A stretch of 64,000 nucleotides of DNA from Felis catus (Eukaryota). The notes beneath the pieces were generated by a model. That model did no database searches. It worked only from the letters and a program-made list of their open reading frames with translations, and was not told the origin of the DNA. A program made the position numbers and the translations under genes. The stretch covers positions 130,078,001 to 130,142,000 of the forward strand of contig NC_058368.1 in assembly GCF_018350175.1 (NCBI RefSeq). Reading direction: 5' to 3'. Below, piece after piece: positions 1 to 12,842 of this stretch; the stretch's first letter is position 1, and every line of letters begins with the position of its first letter.

Positions 1-190
1 GAAGGCCTTTCAACTGATTGGTCAGGTCCACCTGGATTCTTGAGGATAATCTTCCTTATAGGAAGATCAATTGATTAGAGGCTTCAGTTATATCCAAAAA
101 ATGCTTTCCCAGTAACACCTAGATTAAAGTTTGACTGAATAGCGGGGACTTTAACACAGCCAAGTTGACACATCAGAAAAGCCATCCCAC
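1..190 (-). mobile_element. ERVL LTR fragment (MLT2-like), cut by window edge
   Basis: Ends gccaagttgacacatcagaaaagccatccca, resembling the reverse complement of the MLT2 start (tgtgatggttaattttatgtgtcaacttgg). Confidence 0.7.
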
Positions 191-474
191 TGGGCTTGGA
201 TTATTTGGGTTCTTTTTCAGATTTTGACAAAATATGGGTAGCTCTGTGGAGGCCTCAGTGGGCGGGAAGGGCCCCCATTATCTGGAGATATGAGAGTTGA
301 AAGACACAAGAAAACTGAATGGAGGCATCAACAACACCCGGCAGTTTGGTTGAGAGTTGGCCCACCCAATCCATAACACAGAAGTTTCAGGTAGTTTTGC
401 TGACTCACATTTTTTTCCCATCCTTCTTCAAAAAACAGTTATAGTGATATCTATGGCCAATCAAGTCTATGTTA

Positions 475-583
475 TTTTTTTCAAGATTTTTTTTTAAGTA
501 ATCTCTACACCTAGCCTGGGCTTGAATTTACAACCCAGAGATTAAGAATCGCAGGCTCTACTGACTGAGCCAGCCAGACCCCC
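475..583 (-). mobile_element. Short older CanSINE
   Basis: T tail, reverse-complement tRNA head (actgactgagccagccagacccccc), TSD gtctatgttatt on both sides. Confidence 0.85.
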
Positions 584-915
584 CAGGTCTATGTTATTAT
601 CATGCGCTTATTTCAAAAGGGAAATTGGTCGTGAGCACAGCTCTTCCTTCTCAGCCTGTAGCTCCCAGAAATAAGTATAAATAAATGCTGGTATGGGACT
701 TTTTTGGCAAAGCCATTCCAGGATTTCCTTAGGGGACAGGAAGAGAGTTGAAGTTCTCAGAAGGTAACCTTAGAGCAAAGTAAGCATCCAGCTTGGCTGG
801 GTGAGGCCACCAAGCCTCACAGAGGGTCATTCTGCATTTGTAGCAGAGTCTGCTACTTTGGAGTGTGGGTATGAGCTAGTCATTGGGGAGTGCCCTTTAA
901 ACCATATGGCCCTAT

Positions 916-1125
916 GGGGCGCCTGGGTGGCTCAGTCAGTTGAGCGTCCGACTTTGGCTCAGGTCATGATCTCATAGTTCGTGAGTTCGAGCTCCATGTC
1001 GGCCTCTGTGCTGATGGCTCACGGCCTAGAGTCTGCTTTGGATTCTGTGTCTCCCTCTCTGCTCCTCCCCAGCTCACACTCTGTCTCTCTCTCAAAAATA
1101 AATAAAGATTAAAAAAATTTTTTTA
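916..1125 (+). mobile_element. CanSINE (SINEC_Fc-like)
   Basis: ggggcgcctgggtggctcag head, B box gttcgag, CT tract, aataaa, A tail; TSD ac(c/t)atatggccct. Confidence 0.95.
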
Positions 1126-2199
1126 ACTATATGGCCCTGTATCCACATCTACCTGCAGTCATGTTATTGGATGAAAGTTCTTTGGAAGATCACGGGAAAA
1201 TATTTTTTCAGAATCAAATGTGAAAACCCATAAAACAAAATTAAAAAACATCTCAAAGGTGGAGCAGTTGAAAAGAGCTTTGGTTCTTGATTGAAAATAA
1301 AAGTTCAGGAGAGCTCTTCAGAATGAGAAAGAATGGTGAAAAGCCACCGAACTTCTCTAACGTTGGAAGTAGATCAGCTGACTTGGGGCATTTGTTACAA
1401 GGTGTTTACAAAATTGTTGTTTCACTTTTTGGAGACCACTCCTGCTGAAGCACTGCACAAAGGCTTAATTAAGTGATATCTCAATTTATTTACACTGGTA
1501 TTATTTAGGAAGCCTAACCTGTGCAAGGCCAAGGCTGGTGCTGTCTTCTGGGCCCAGTGTCCTGACACTAAATGTGGCCAAAGTGGATCCTTGCTTCAAA
1601 AGCAGTCTTCCCTGGTATCTCCAAGATTCATGATAAGATGTCTGTGTCTGTGCCTGTGCTGTTCCCTCAGCAGAAGGCCAGAGAGCCTCTGCCCACTTAT
1701 GGAGGCTGCTCTCTTCCTAACAGAAGTTCTAAGCCTTGAGAGTGGAAGTCCTTTGGGGGAATGGTCAGGGGGAATCTCCTGCTATTGAATTCCTTTTAAG
1801 AACAGAAAGTGTATACAGAGGGGCCCTCTCACTTCCAAGGGGCTCTGGTGTACTCAGTCTCTGAATTTCTTATTTCTGTTCATGAAACTCTTGGTATCAT
1901 GGGTCTCTTTGGTTTGGGATGTCACTGGAAGGTGCAGAGGTGGACCCACCTGTTCATTGGCATCCTTGACATGTCTGAACAATGCTCCTGTCTTACTGGC
2001 TCCAGTGTCTGGAGAGAGGACAGGGTGGCCTCCTGCCCCATGAAGGCTGAAGGCCCTGGAGGTTGTGTTGATACTTTCTTCCCCCAGGTGGCCTTGACAC
2101 TCAGAAATGTGCACCTGTTATGTGTGAATACGGTCAAGGTGAAAAGGCATCACGTGGATTTCAGAAGGCTAACTGTTGTGCTAGTGGGGTACCTACAAC

Positions 2200-2390
2200 T
2201 AGAATCATGGATTCACTGGAAACCTAGAATTGGAAGAGCCTTGGAGGTCATCTAGTCCAATTTCCTCTCATACCAGTGAGGAGACAGAGAGGTAAAGTGA
2301 TGGGTCGGGGGTGCCTAGCAGCAGAGAGCAGAGCAAGGACAGGAATCCGGGTTTCATCGGTCTAATTCTGGGGTTCCCGCTCACTGTGCC
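2200..2390 (-). mobile_element. MIR SINE remnant
   Basis: ttggaggtcatctagtccaa...tgaggagacagagaggtaaagtga, MIR-like motifs. Confidence 0.65.
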
Positions 2391-4814
2391 ACCAATGCTG
2401 CATTATTTGTGTTCACTTTCCATTGTTGTCACTGTGTTAATAACATAGAATTTTTTAGGCAGATTGTTCCTACTTCTTATTCTGCCCAAAGCCTGTGGGA
2501 CACACGTTGTAGGCCATTACAGATATACTTGTTTTCTGCCCCGGGTGCCTGCTACAGAAGTTACTAAATCTGTTGCTTTGAGGCTAATGCTAAGCCATGG
2601 GATTACCTTTTTGGTGAATCCCATGACTCCATCCCTTGGGTGCAGGGCTAACTCGGGTGGCTGGAAATAGGGATGATGACCACAGTGATGGTCCAGTGAG
2701 GCATATGATGGAGCACCAGGTTCCACTAGCCTCACAGCATGAAAGTGAAAAGCCATGTCTTGTTTGTGCTTGAGGCAGTCATGTCCAGTATTACTGTCTT
2801 ATGTTTGTCAGCACGCCAGAGGTTGGACCAAATGCTATTGGCAGAGCACGTCAAACTCTTCAACTATAAATGCAACCTATATATAGTATTCTTTTTGCTC
2901 AGTTAGTTTTAGCCACATATGATAGCAATTTTTTCCACCTCACACAGCCTGAAATCTAGTCAAAGAAATTCAATGACCTAAGAGACTTATTTCTTTTATA
3001 AGTAATCCAGACAATGATGGTACTATTGCTTGGGATTTATGTAGTGCTTTTCTTTCAAAAAGCCCTAAGTGCTTTTAAGTAGACCTGTTCACCTTCAAAC
3101 ACCCCTGAGAGGGATTACTGTCAACAGAATGTTTTCCTGCAGGAGGAAGTGAAACAAAGAGATATTGTCTGAAATCACAGGAGGTCAACCACAGTTCCGG
3201 GATGAGCTTCCAGAAGTCTGCGTACCAGGCCAATAAACACTTTGTCGCTGATGTCTCCACCTTGAATGAGGTTGGCAAATATATGGCCCCGGGTGCTGCT
3301 GTGCCTCTGCTGATCTATCATGGTGTTCTTTCGCATTAAGGCGCTTTGTAGCCTCAGAATCTTCCCCAGCAGTGCCGGCCAAGCCATGAATTCCATCAGT
3401 GTTTGCAGCAGATAGGATGTATGCAGCAGATAGCCATGTATGATCCAGAGGTTGGGCTAAAATGTTAGCAGGTATTGTCTTCTGCCTGAAGTGGCTCTGC
3501 ATCACAATCCCAGCGTGGCTCTTGAAAGGTAACATCATTCTGACCTGAAACCTTGCTGGAAACTGTCATGGAAAATAGAATGATATGGGGCAGTTTGGCA
3601 GGGGAACCAGATTAAGCAGGACTTTGTAGCTCCTATAAAATGAGTGAGGTCAGGATTGAAGTGGGAGTTACCCCCACTGGTTCAAGTGAGCTCAGACATT
3701 TTCTATTGCCGTTGTCAAACACTTTGGGTTGTGTGTGAGGGTCAAGTCCCTTGTGTCAGCTTTCATGTTGGGCTGAAGCTGTGCAAAATCGGTAAAAGCA
3801 AAGTTTTCTCTTTTTTTTGTTAGACAGTCAGCCTGGAGACCTCAGAGGTCAGGGTTGAGCAGGAAATCCAGGAAGTGTAACCACCCCATATGCCCCTCAG
3901 GAAGGGAAGGAGTGAGTTTGCTGATTTCACAAAGAGGAAAGCAATGAAGATTTGCTCAAATCAAGGATATAATTAGCTGACAAGTTTTCTTGAGAGAGGC
4001 AAGTTCCCCTTCAACAGATTTTGTATTCCTGATTTTAGAAGATGGCAGAAGAAAGTCAAGATCGTTTGAAAAGGACTAATTATAACAGCTTCACCTTTGA
4101 ATTGACACTAAGTGGGTGGCAGAGGTGGAAACACCCTTATAGCTTCAATATTTTCAGGTCTGTAATATGGCGAAGGGGGAATGAACATATTTTTAGCACT
4201 TAGCATGTTGACAGCCACTGATTTTAAAATAAGTACAGATTGCAAGTCCCACTGGTCTCTTGATGTCTAAGACAAGAGCTTTTCAAGTTATCTAAACAGC
4301 CTTTGGCTTTTCCTCAGCGCCTCTCTATGAAAAACTGTAAGGGAAATGAAGCTTCCTACTCTTTTATGATGTGCCAAGCCCTGCAACATTCTATGAATCT
4401 TGTTCTATTCCAGGTCATCTGTTTTCTCCCATTATCACCAGTAACCCACTCTCACCTCATGGTTCCTCTGTGGTCCTACCTCTTTTCTTTCCCATGTGTT
4501 TTCTCTCCAGCCCCTCTATAGTCACCACCTACCTGATGCCTATGCTCCATTTTCTTGGGTTCTTGGATTTCTGTGACACCACTGATGGCTTGCTCTGTTC
4601 CACCTCTAGAGCATGGCTCCATGTCAACCCTGGGCTTGTGGACACATGGAGGTGGACAGATTCTGCCCGGTAGAGGTTTTAGCGAGCTGTTATTTTGGGG
4701 ACTTCTTCAAATGTTGGTGATTGCCCTCATCCTTCACCAAACTGGGCTAGTCCTCCCTTCTTTCAGTCCAGACTATAGCTCACACATTTAAGGCACAAGG
4801 ACCTGTAACAAGTA

Positions 4815-5271
4815 CAGGAATACTCTGGAGATATTGCGGATTTTGTCCCAGGCCACTGCAACAAAGCGAATATTGCCATCAAGCAAGTCAAATGAATTTG
4901 TTGGCTTCCCAGAGCATATAAAATTTATGTTTACACTATCTTATGTAGTCCATTAAGTGTGTAATACCGTTTTGTCTACAAAAATGTACATTCCTTAATT
5001 TAAAAATACTGCTAACAAAAAGCTAACCATCATCTGAGTTTTCAGTGAGTCATAATCATTGATCACAGATAACAAATTTAATAATAATAATGAAAAAGTT
5101 TGAAATGTTGTGAGAATTTACAACGTGTGACACAGAGCGAGCAAATTCGCTAGGAAAAATGGTGCCGGTAGATTTGCTTGATGCCGGGTTGTTGCAAACC
5201 TTCACTTTGTAAAAAATGCAGTTATCTGTGAAGCGCAATGAAGTCAAGTGCCACACCCAGAGGTGTGCCTG
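4815..5271 (+). mobile_element. Internally deleted Tigger1-type (TcMar/pogo) DNA transposon
   Basis: Termini caggaatactc / gaggtgtgcctg, TA on both sides, Tigger1-like 5' end ggagatattgcgg...aaagcgaatattgc. Confidence 0.9.
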
Positions 5272-5618
5272 TACTGCCTTGGCTACACTTAAATGGTGAA
5301 AAAGGTTGGAAGCAGTCGTATGCTGGCCCTTCTACTCTGTAATTTCAATGTAAGTAATTAGACGTGTTTCTGCTAACACCTAAAATAGGTGCTCATTGAG
5401 CACTTTCTGCACAGTTAGACTTCATGACCACTGTCAGGTGGTGATCTATCATGGCTCCAACACTTCTCCCAGAAAAGAAACCTCATGTTTGCTCTGTGAG
5501 GTCCCTAAACAATCCCAGAGTGAGAATGGGTGAGAGTAAGCTGACTGATGCCATCTTTTTTTCTTCCATCTTTACTTAGAAGCCTCCAAATGGAGATTTT
5601 CTTTAAGGAAACTGTTAT

Positions 5619-6083
5619 ACAATGGAGTATTACTCAGTGGTCAAAAAGAATGAAGTCTTGCCATTTGGAACAACATGGATGGAACTCGAATGTGTAATGC
5701 TAAGCAAAATAAGTCAGTCAGAGAAAGACAGATATCATGATTTCTCTCATATGTGGAATTTAAGAAACCTAACAGATAAACATAGGGGAAGGGGAGGAAA
5801 AATAAGGTAAAAACAGAGAGGGTGGCAAACCACAAGAGACTCTTAAATACAGAGAACAAACTGAAGAAGGTTGCTGGAGGAGAGCAGGGTGGGGGGATGG
5901 GCTAAATGGGTGATGGGCATTAAGGAGGACCCTTGTTGGGATGAGTACTGAGTGTTATATGGAAGTGATGAATCACTCAGTTCTATTCCTGAAACCAGTA
6001 CTACACTGTATGTTAACTAACTTGGATTGAAATAAAATTAAAAAAGTAAAAATACAAATAAAATAAAAAAATTAATTCCATCA
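5619..6083 (+). mobile_element. 5'-truncated L1 (ORF2 C-terminus and 3'UTR)
   Basis: ORF 5622-5810 MEYYSVVKKNEVLPFGTTWMELE is an L1 ORF2 C-terminus; A-rich tail; approximate TSD aa(a/c)ctgttat. Confidence 0.93.
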
Positions 6084-6164
6084 AAAAAACCTGTTATTAG
6101 ATGCTTGAATAAAACTTTAAAATAGCTATAGCATATAAAGGATTCCAATGGCATTTGTCACTGT

Positions 6165-6290
6165 GTATTGTAGAAGGTAAAGCTTTTGACCAGAAGTCAG
6201 GAGACTTTGCTTCTTTAAGACCTAACTCACCCATTATTCAGCTGTGTGATTCTAAGAAAGTTACTTAAACACTCTGTTTCATTATTCATT
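6165..6290 (+). mobile_element. MIR remnant
   Basis: gaagtcaggagac...agctgtgtgattctaagaaagttacttaaacactctg, MIR core. Confidence 0.6.
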
Positions 6291-6328
6291 AGGTGTTAAC
6301 CCCTAAACACATTAATTTCCTTGACCCT

Positions 6329-6770
6329 CTATGGTAGACTGAATAATGTTCCCTCAAGAGATATTTTAATCCCCTGAACCTGTGAACACTACCTTGTATG
6401 ACAAAAGGTTGAATATCACCTTATATGGCAAAAGATGTGATTAAAGTAAGGATTCTGAGATGGAGAAATTATCGTGGATAATCAGGGTGGGCCAAAAATG
6501 CAATCACATGTATCCTTGTAAGAGAGAATCAGAGGGAGATTTTATTATACAGAAGAGAAGAGGGAGTGTGACCGTGAAGACAGAGACAGTGGTGATGCGG
6601 CCATGGGGCAAGGAAGACTGAGAGCCACCAGGAGCTGGAAGAGGCAGGAACAGAATCTCTCCTAGATCCTCCAGTGGGACTGTGGCCTTCTTCATACCTT
6701 GATTTCAGTCCAGTGAAACTGGTTTTGGACTTCTGACCTCCACAATGGTGAGAGAATAAATTTTGGTTTT
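6329..6770 (+). mobile_element. MaLR solo LTR (MLT1C/D-like), 3' end missing
   Basis: tatggtagactgaataatg start; gagccaccaggagctggaagaggcaggaa; ttctgacctccacaatggtgagagaataaa. Confidence 0.85.
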
Positions 6771-8625
6771 CTCCTCCTGCAAAGACCCACTGAAGCTGGG
6801 TTGCTTGCTATGGGCTGCCCTTTCACTGCTCCCAGCCTCATAGTTTTGCCTCTCCTCCAAATTGCTCACCTCCATTTCTGACCCTCAAGGGCAGTAGCAG
6901 GGCGTGGGTGAAAAGAAAAGGCCAGGGAAATTCACACTTGACTGACAGTCAGGAACTGGCATTTTGTTCTCGGGTCTGGTGGGCGTTTAAGGCGGACGCA
7001 TTCCTTAGCTATACTTTTTAGGCTCTTTAGAGACCTCCACTTCCTCTCCCGCTTCTGCTGGTGATCTCTCACCTGCAGTTTCTTTTAGTGAGGGTGATGT
7101 TCTCACTGTGGTTGGTTGCTTCCTCTTGCTCAGCCCGAGGCATTTGGTGGGACCCCTGGCATGTTTCTGCGCAGCACTACTTGCCTCTGTAGGCAGCCAT
7201 CTTGGAGAGAATCTAAGAAGCCTTCCATTGGTTCCCTTACGTGAGTCACCTGCATCTAGTCCAAAAGAATGTGTTCAGGCAAATGTTCAGTGGCCTAACA
7301 CCCTCATCCTTTGCTCTGCCATTGAAGCAGTCAGCCAGATTTTCCATGTGGGAGTCACAATGTCCCCTAAACTAGAAGACACATATCACGCTCTCCAAGT
7401 GGTCTTATTGTGGTCTCTTTCCTTAGGCTTGAAGCGAGAGACCCCTGACAGGATGTCTGGACTCAGAGTAGCAATAACTGTCTCATAAATGTTTCCCCTA
7501 AATCTAACATTAGTCTTTTGTCTGAGAAGGCTGGATGTGAGACAGAAGAGGGGTTCATGGTTAAAAGGCAGAAAAACAGACTTTGATCACCCACTAATGT
7601 AAATCCTACATGATGATAGTCTCCCATCCACTTTTGAATGTGGCATTTTTAGTTCTGGTGCCCCAGCTGTAACTATTTCACATCTTCACGTCTCTGTTTA
7701 CCCGAGGGACCAAGTACTGGGGCCATTACTCTACAGTAAAGGTAGTTCTGTTCTATTCCTTCTGAATAGTAACATGTTCTAATAGTCTGTTACAGTTGTG
7801 CTAAAAACTGTCCACCTTGGTCTTACGGAGGAACTTTTTCTAATGGAAATATATATTTTTTTGATTTATAGTGCAGGTCAAATGGACATTTGGATTTGTT
7901 TTAAAATGTAATTTGGCGAGTCCATCAGTGCATACACACAAATTGGACTTTGGAGAATTCGTGGAAGAGCTGAAGCTGTCGCATGACGCATTTCTCCCCT
8001 TTCAAGGTAGCATGGTGAATGGAAGAGGCATAGGGACCGAGCTCAAATTTCTGCTGACCCTTCCTGGACATGTGACTTTGAGTGAGTTGAATAAACCTTG
8101 TGAACTTTAGTTTTACATATGTAAAATGGGATATTGAGTAAATTAAACAACTTCATATGTATCTGAAGCAATTGGCACAATTTCCAGGATGGAGTGAGCC
8201 CTCATTTGATTGAAGTTATCCCTATGATGGCATGCCGTTCACGGTGATAGGCAGTGCCGGTGAGGAGATGAGTAAGACTCAGACTGCATGAGATGCGGAG
8301 GGGAAGACAGACAAGAAACCAGGAATGACAGCAGGCCTGATGGGTCCATGAAGAACCAGCCCCCAGCACAGGGGATCCCCACTGCCAGGAGACAAGGGGA
8401 CTCCCTGATTTCTTGTGTGTGTTCTCATTGTCTGACAGCAGATGCCTCTTTTTTTCCCAGCCTCTATGAGTAGAAAACAGCAGTCCTTTCTCCAAAAAGA
8501 GGTGGCTTGACTCAGTTTTGTACCCCTAAGGTGTTAAGCCGAAAGACCAGGTAAGTCTATTTGGGTTTCACAGGAGATATCATTTAAAATAGGGAAGGGT
8601 TCAAAATTGCCTTCAGAGCAATTGG

Positions 8626-8833
8626 TTTTTCTTTTTTCTTTTTTTTTAATATTTATTTTGGGGACAGTGTAGCTGGGGGCGGGGCAGAGAGAAGGGAAAA
8701 GAGGATCTGAAGTGGGCTCTGCGTTGACAGGCTGACAGCAGTGAGCCCAATGTGGGCCTTGAAGTCGTGAACCGCGAGATCATGACCTGAGCCGAAGTCT
8801 GACATTCAACCGACTGATCCACCCAGGTGCCCC
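8626..8833 (-). mobile_element. CanSINE
   Basis: T tail, AG tract, ends cacccaggtgcccc. Confidence 0.93.
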
Positions 8834-11488
8834 AACAATGGGTTGTTCCTTAGGGAGTAAGGAGAAACTGCAGACCAATTCGATCATTCTTCCCTGGAGA
8901 AAAAGAAACAAGATAAGGAAGGAATTCCATAGACCTGCAAGGGAATAGGGAGCAGAGTGCTGCATCTTCCGAAATTCCTTTCAAGGAAACAGCTCTGCTC
9001 CCTGTTTTTCATCTCCCTCCAATGCAGGCTTGATCACCAGAGCTGCAAAACTTGAGCCCCAACTGTGTAGCCACAGGTTATAGGATCAGAGACAAATGCC
9101 TTTAGATATCTTTCTGTCGTTGGAAGGAGTTAAATTCTCACCGTGTCAGACAATGTGACAATAGCTGCTACAGACACTTGTACTTCAAAACCATCAAGGG
9201 AGGTATTGGCACTTCGGGGTGTTGAGAAACTAGAGTCTTCTCTACAGGATATTTGCCAATAGATCCATCACATTTTGTCTTACCATATTTGGTGCGCAAG
9301 GAATGGCCAAGATGGAAATGAGACAAATGCCTCTGCAGTGTCCCTTGTCTTGAATCAAGTTCCATGTGGTGGCTGCTGAAGTGCAGACTTTATGAGGAAG
9401 GTCTGACTTCCCCAGGCTGTGTCAACACTGCTTCCCCATGACAACATGACACCTCACGACACTGTTCGCATGTCTTCTAGAGGAAGGAAGGGACAGAGCT
9501 GTACCTGCTCCTTTTCTCCACATTCTTCTCTCTTCAGCTCATCCCCCACACTCCTGCCAGGGAGGTCTTTCTGGGCACCAAAGCTCATTCTAGGATATCT
9601 TGTCTGAAAGCCTCCATGGGCTGGCTTCCTCCCCTGCTTGCTAGAGGATGCCTCACTTCTCACCATGTACCCTACTCCAGCTGCTCTGAATGCATCCTGT
9701 TCTTGAGAGAGCCCCCACATTCTTCTGTTGACATATGTTGCCTTCTCCCCTGCTTCTTGCCTAGTAAGTCCTGATGCATTCCACACCACAGCTTGGATGT
9801 CAACTCACCGTGAAGACTTCCTTGGCTCTTTCAGGATCCATGAGTCTCCCTTTCGGCTTCTACAGCCCTTGCACACGCCTCTTCGACAGTCCTTTCCATG
9901 TTGTTTTAAAAATGATTTTTTTTATGTCTCCCACTCCAGACCTGGAGCTGTGTACCTGGCATCAGTATGTTCCAGTGAGAGGTTACTGATTTGAAGCATA
10001 ACCAAGAGTGGGCTGGCATCATTCTGCTTTTCCTGACTTCCGTTATAAAGGTTTTGTCTCATATGACTGCTTGTGGTAGATCTGGCCTCACAGAGATGCT
10101 TTAATGATACCTGCGAGCACATATGATTAATATCCTCTCATTTTGTTATTTTGCACGTAAATTACCAAATGGGAAATGGGTGGTTTTTTATTCTGTCTTA
10201 GGGAGGCCTTAGACTTCATCAACATGTGTTGGGGGACTACTCAAGGCTAGCTTTGAGCTTTGGAAAGTCAGAAAGAACTATGAGAACAACTCAGGTCTTC
10301 TCAAAGAATTCAATTCTGTCTGGAGATAATAGGAGCTGAGTAAGTGCTGAATTGTGGGTAAAGAGACGTATCATGTGTACACAGTAGGTGCTCAATAAAG
10401 ACTGGCCCACTGAGACCCATGTGAAATGGAAAGACAACTGATGAGAGATGGTTATTTATTTCCGTGTCTGAAATAACTCCAGCCCGTTAGATGTTCAGCT
10501 TGCTGTTTCATACAAAGAGAAAACCAGGTTCTACCAATTTTGAGGCTCAGGGGGAAATCTCAGAAAAAATTCAGAGAATTGCTTTAGTATCTCTCAGAGT
10601 CACCTGTCATGGAAAGGCATTTCTCACTTCTTTGAAGGAGACTGTTAAATTTTTATAGAATCTCTTCTTTGACGAACTCACAGTACCAAGATTTATGTAT
10701 GTAGCAAGGACATGATTTTATTTGCATATTTTAAATTTGTAATTCTCTTGAAAATGGATCAGGGACCAACATTTTCTATAATTTAATGTTTAGGACCAGG
10801 AACAGTTTTCCCTGGAGGACTTCATTAATCTCTGGGGGTTACCCCATGAGGCCAGGATCAGACTCAGCACCATGAAAGGCTTAGGAGGTGGGTCTGAGGA
10901 CGGAGTATGCAGAGGTTGGCATGAAGGAGGCTGGAGAAAGCCTCACCTTCCTTCAGGGGTCCACAGGCTGAAGACCTGGGCCAGTCAGGGAACTGGAAGT
11001 TGGGAGGTCTAGACACTAAGCAGCAGGGACACAAAAGAAGAAAGAAATGGAAGGCTGTTCTACTTCCCAAGGTGTTTGCAGCCCAGCGGGGAAGACAGAC
11101 AGAGAAACAAGAGGTTGGAAGGCTTTGGATAGCCATAGGCTGATTTGAAAGCTGGTGTGGGTCTTAGGTCTGCTTCTACTTGTAATGCTCCAACTCTACC
11201 CTGTTCAGTCTACCTTACGTACAGGGAGGCTCTATTGAGCTTTGGAGCAAAAGCCACAAGAGAAGCCCACTTAAGGGCTCAGGGATACTGATTTCCAAAC
11301 AACTGAGTCACCACACCTAACAAGTTTGAACAAAATGGTAAGACAGAAGGTGTAAAAATGGCTTTCCCCACCTACTGTGATGTGAACAAGTTAGGGAGGG
11401 TTGCTATAGTTGGAGCTCTAGAAAAGCCTTAGATCAATAAAGGAAGGGTAAAGAAGAGCTCCCCTGGGATAAATAGCTCATAGTCGTC

Positions 11489-11491
11489 TTT

Positions 11492-11534
<43 letters not shown>

Positions 11535-11866
11535 TTTTATTATATTTAAAATTGTATTTAGGTTCAAGTTACTTAACATATAGTGTAATCATGGTTTCAG
11601 GAGTAGAATTTAGTGATTCATCACTTACATACAACACCCAGTGCTCATCCCGACACTGCCCTCCTTACTGCCCATCACCCATTTATCCCATCCCCCTACC
11701 CACTCCCCTCTCCAGCCACCCACAGTTTGTTCTCTGTATTTAAGAGTCTCTTAGGGTCTTAGTCTCTTAGGTCCCTCTCTGTTTTTACCTTATTTTTCCT
11801 TCCCTTCCCCTATGTGTTTGTTAAATTCCACATATGAGCGAAATCATATGGTATTTGTCTTCCTCC
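11489..11866 (-). mobile_element. 5'-truncated L1 3' end with (TTTA)n-converted tail
   Basis: (ttta)n then reverse-complement L1 3'UTR (caacacccagtgctcatcc, ccacatatgag). Confidence 0.9.
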
Positions 11867-12167
11867 GTCACAGTCTTATTTTCAGTCAGCTTGTAACAAC
11901 TGCAAATAAGAGGTCTCAGGGAGACCACCAGCACCCCGCTGACTCCCGGCTGTGTCTCTTCTTTCCCCGGCACATGACTTATTTCCCCCTCTGGACACCC
12001 TCAGAGCTCCTCGAAGCAGGTTTTGCCCCCTGGCCTCACAAAAGCTCTCCTGGAATGTAAACCCCAGCTGTTCCAGCCGCCCTGACCAGTCTAGCATCTT
12101 CTTGTGGCAGCCATGCAGTGACGCCTTCTTAGGTGTGAGTATCATGTTCTCTTATTCTGGTTGCATT

Positions 12168-12842
12168 TGTCTGGTTCAATGGATCTGAGGCCTGGCTTTG
12201 CATTGGAAACACCCAGCATCATAGGGGCACTTGTACGCCAATGTTTATAGCAGCACTCTCAACAATAGCCAAATTATGGAAAGAGCCGAAATGTCCACCA
12301 TCTGATGAATGGATAAAGAAATTGTGGTTTATATACACAATGGAGTACTATGTGGCAATGAGAAAGAATGAAATATGGCCCTTTGTAGCAACGTGGATGG
12401 AAGTGGAGAGTGTAATGCTAAGTGAAATAAGCCATACAGAGAAAGACAGATACCATATAGTTTCACTCTTATGTGGATCCTGAGAAACTTAACAGAAACC
12501 CATGGGGGAGGGGAAGGAAAAAAAAAGAGGTTAGAGTGGGAGAGAACCAAAGCATAAGAGACTGTTAAAAACTGAGAACAAACTGAAGGTTGATGGGGGG
12601 TGGAAGGGAGGGGAGGGTGGGTGATGGGTATTGAGGAGGGCACCTTTTGGGATGAGCACTGGGTGTTGTATGGAAACCAATTTGACAATAAACTTCATAT
12701 ATTGGAAAAAAAAAAAAAGAAACACCCAGCATCTTTAAACAGGTACTGATGGCTGAGTCCCATCCACAGTAATGGAATGAGCATCTCTGGAAGTGGGGCC
12801 TAGTGATTCTGATGCATGGTGAGGGCCCAAAACTACCAGTCT
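12168..12842. mobile_element. MER5A-like hAT MITE split by an L1 insertion
   Basis: gcattggaaacacc...gcatctctggaagtggggccta...tgattctgatgca on either side of the L1. Confidence 0.55.
12221..12718 (+). mobile_element. Young 5'-truncated cat-type L1
   Basis: ORF 12241-12483 is an uninterrupted ORF2 C-terminus; nearly pure polyA; perfect 15-bp TSD gaaacacccagcatc (12206-12220, 12719-12733). Confidence 0.97.

Noticed and set aside
916..1000. tRNA-like A and B boxes, here and in the other SINE heads
   Set aside because: tRNA-derived SINE heads, not tRNA genes
1591..2756. Several 65-148 aa ORFs
   Set aside because: No recognisable protein or consistent exon structure; partly overlap a MIR; lengths expected by chance
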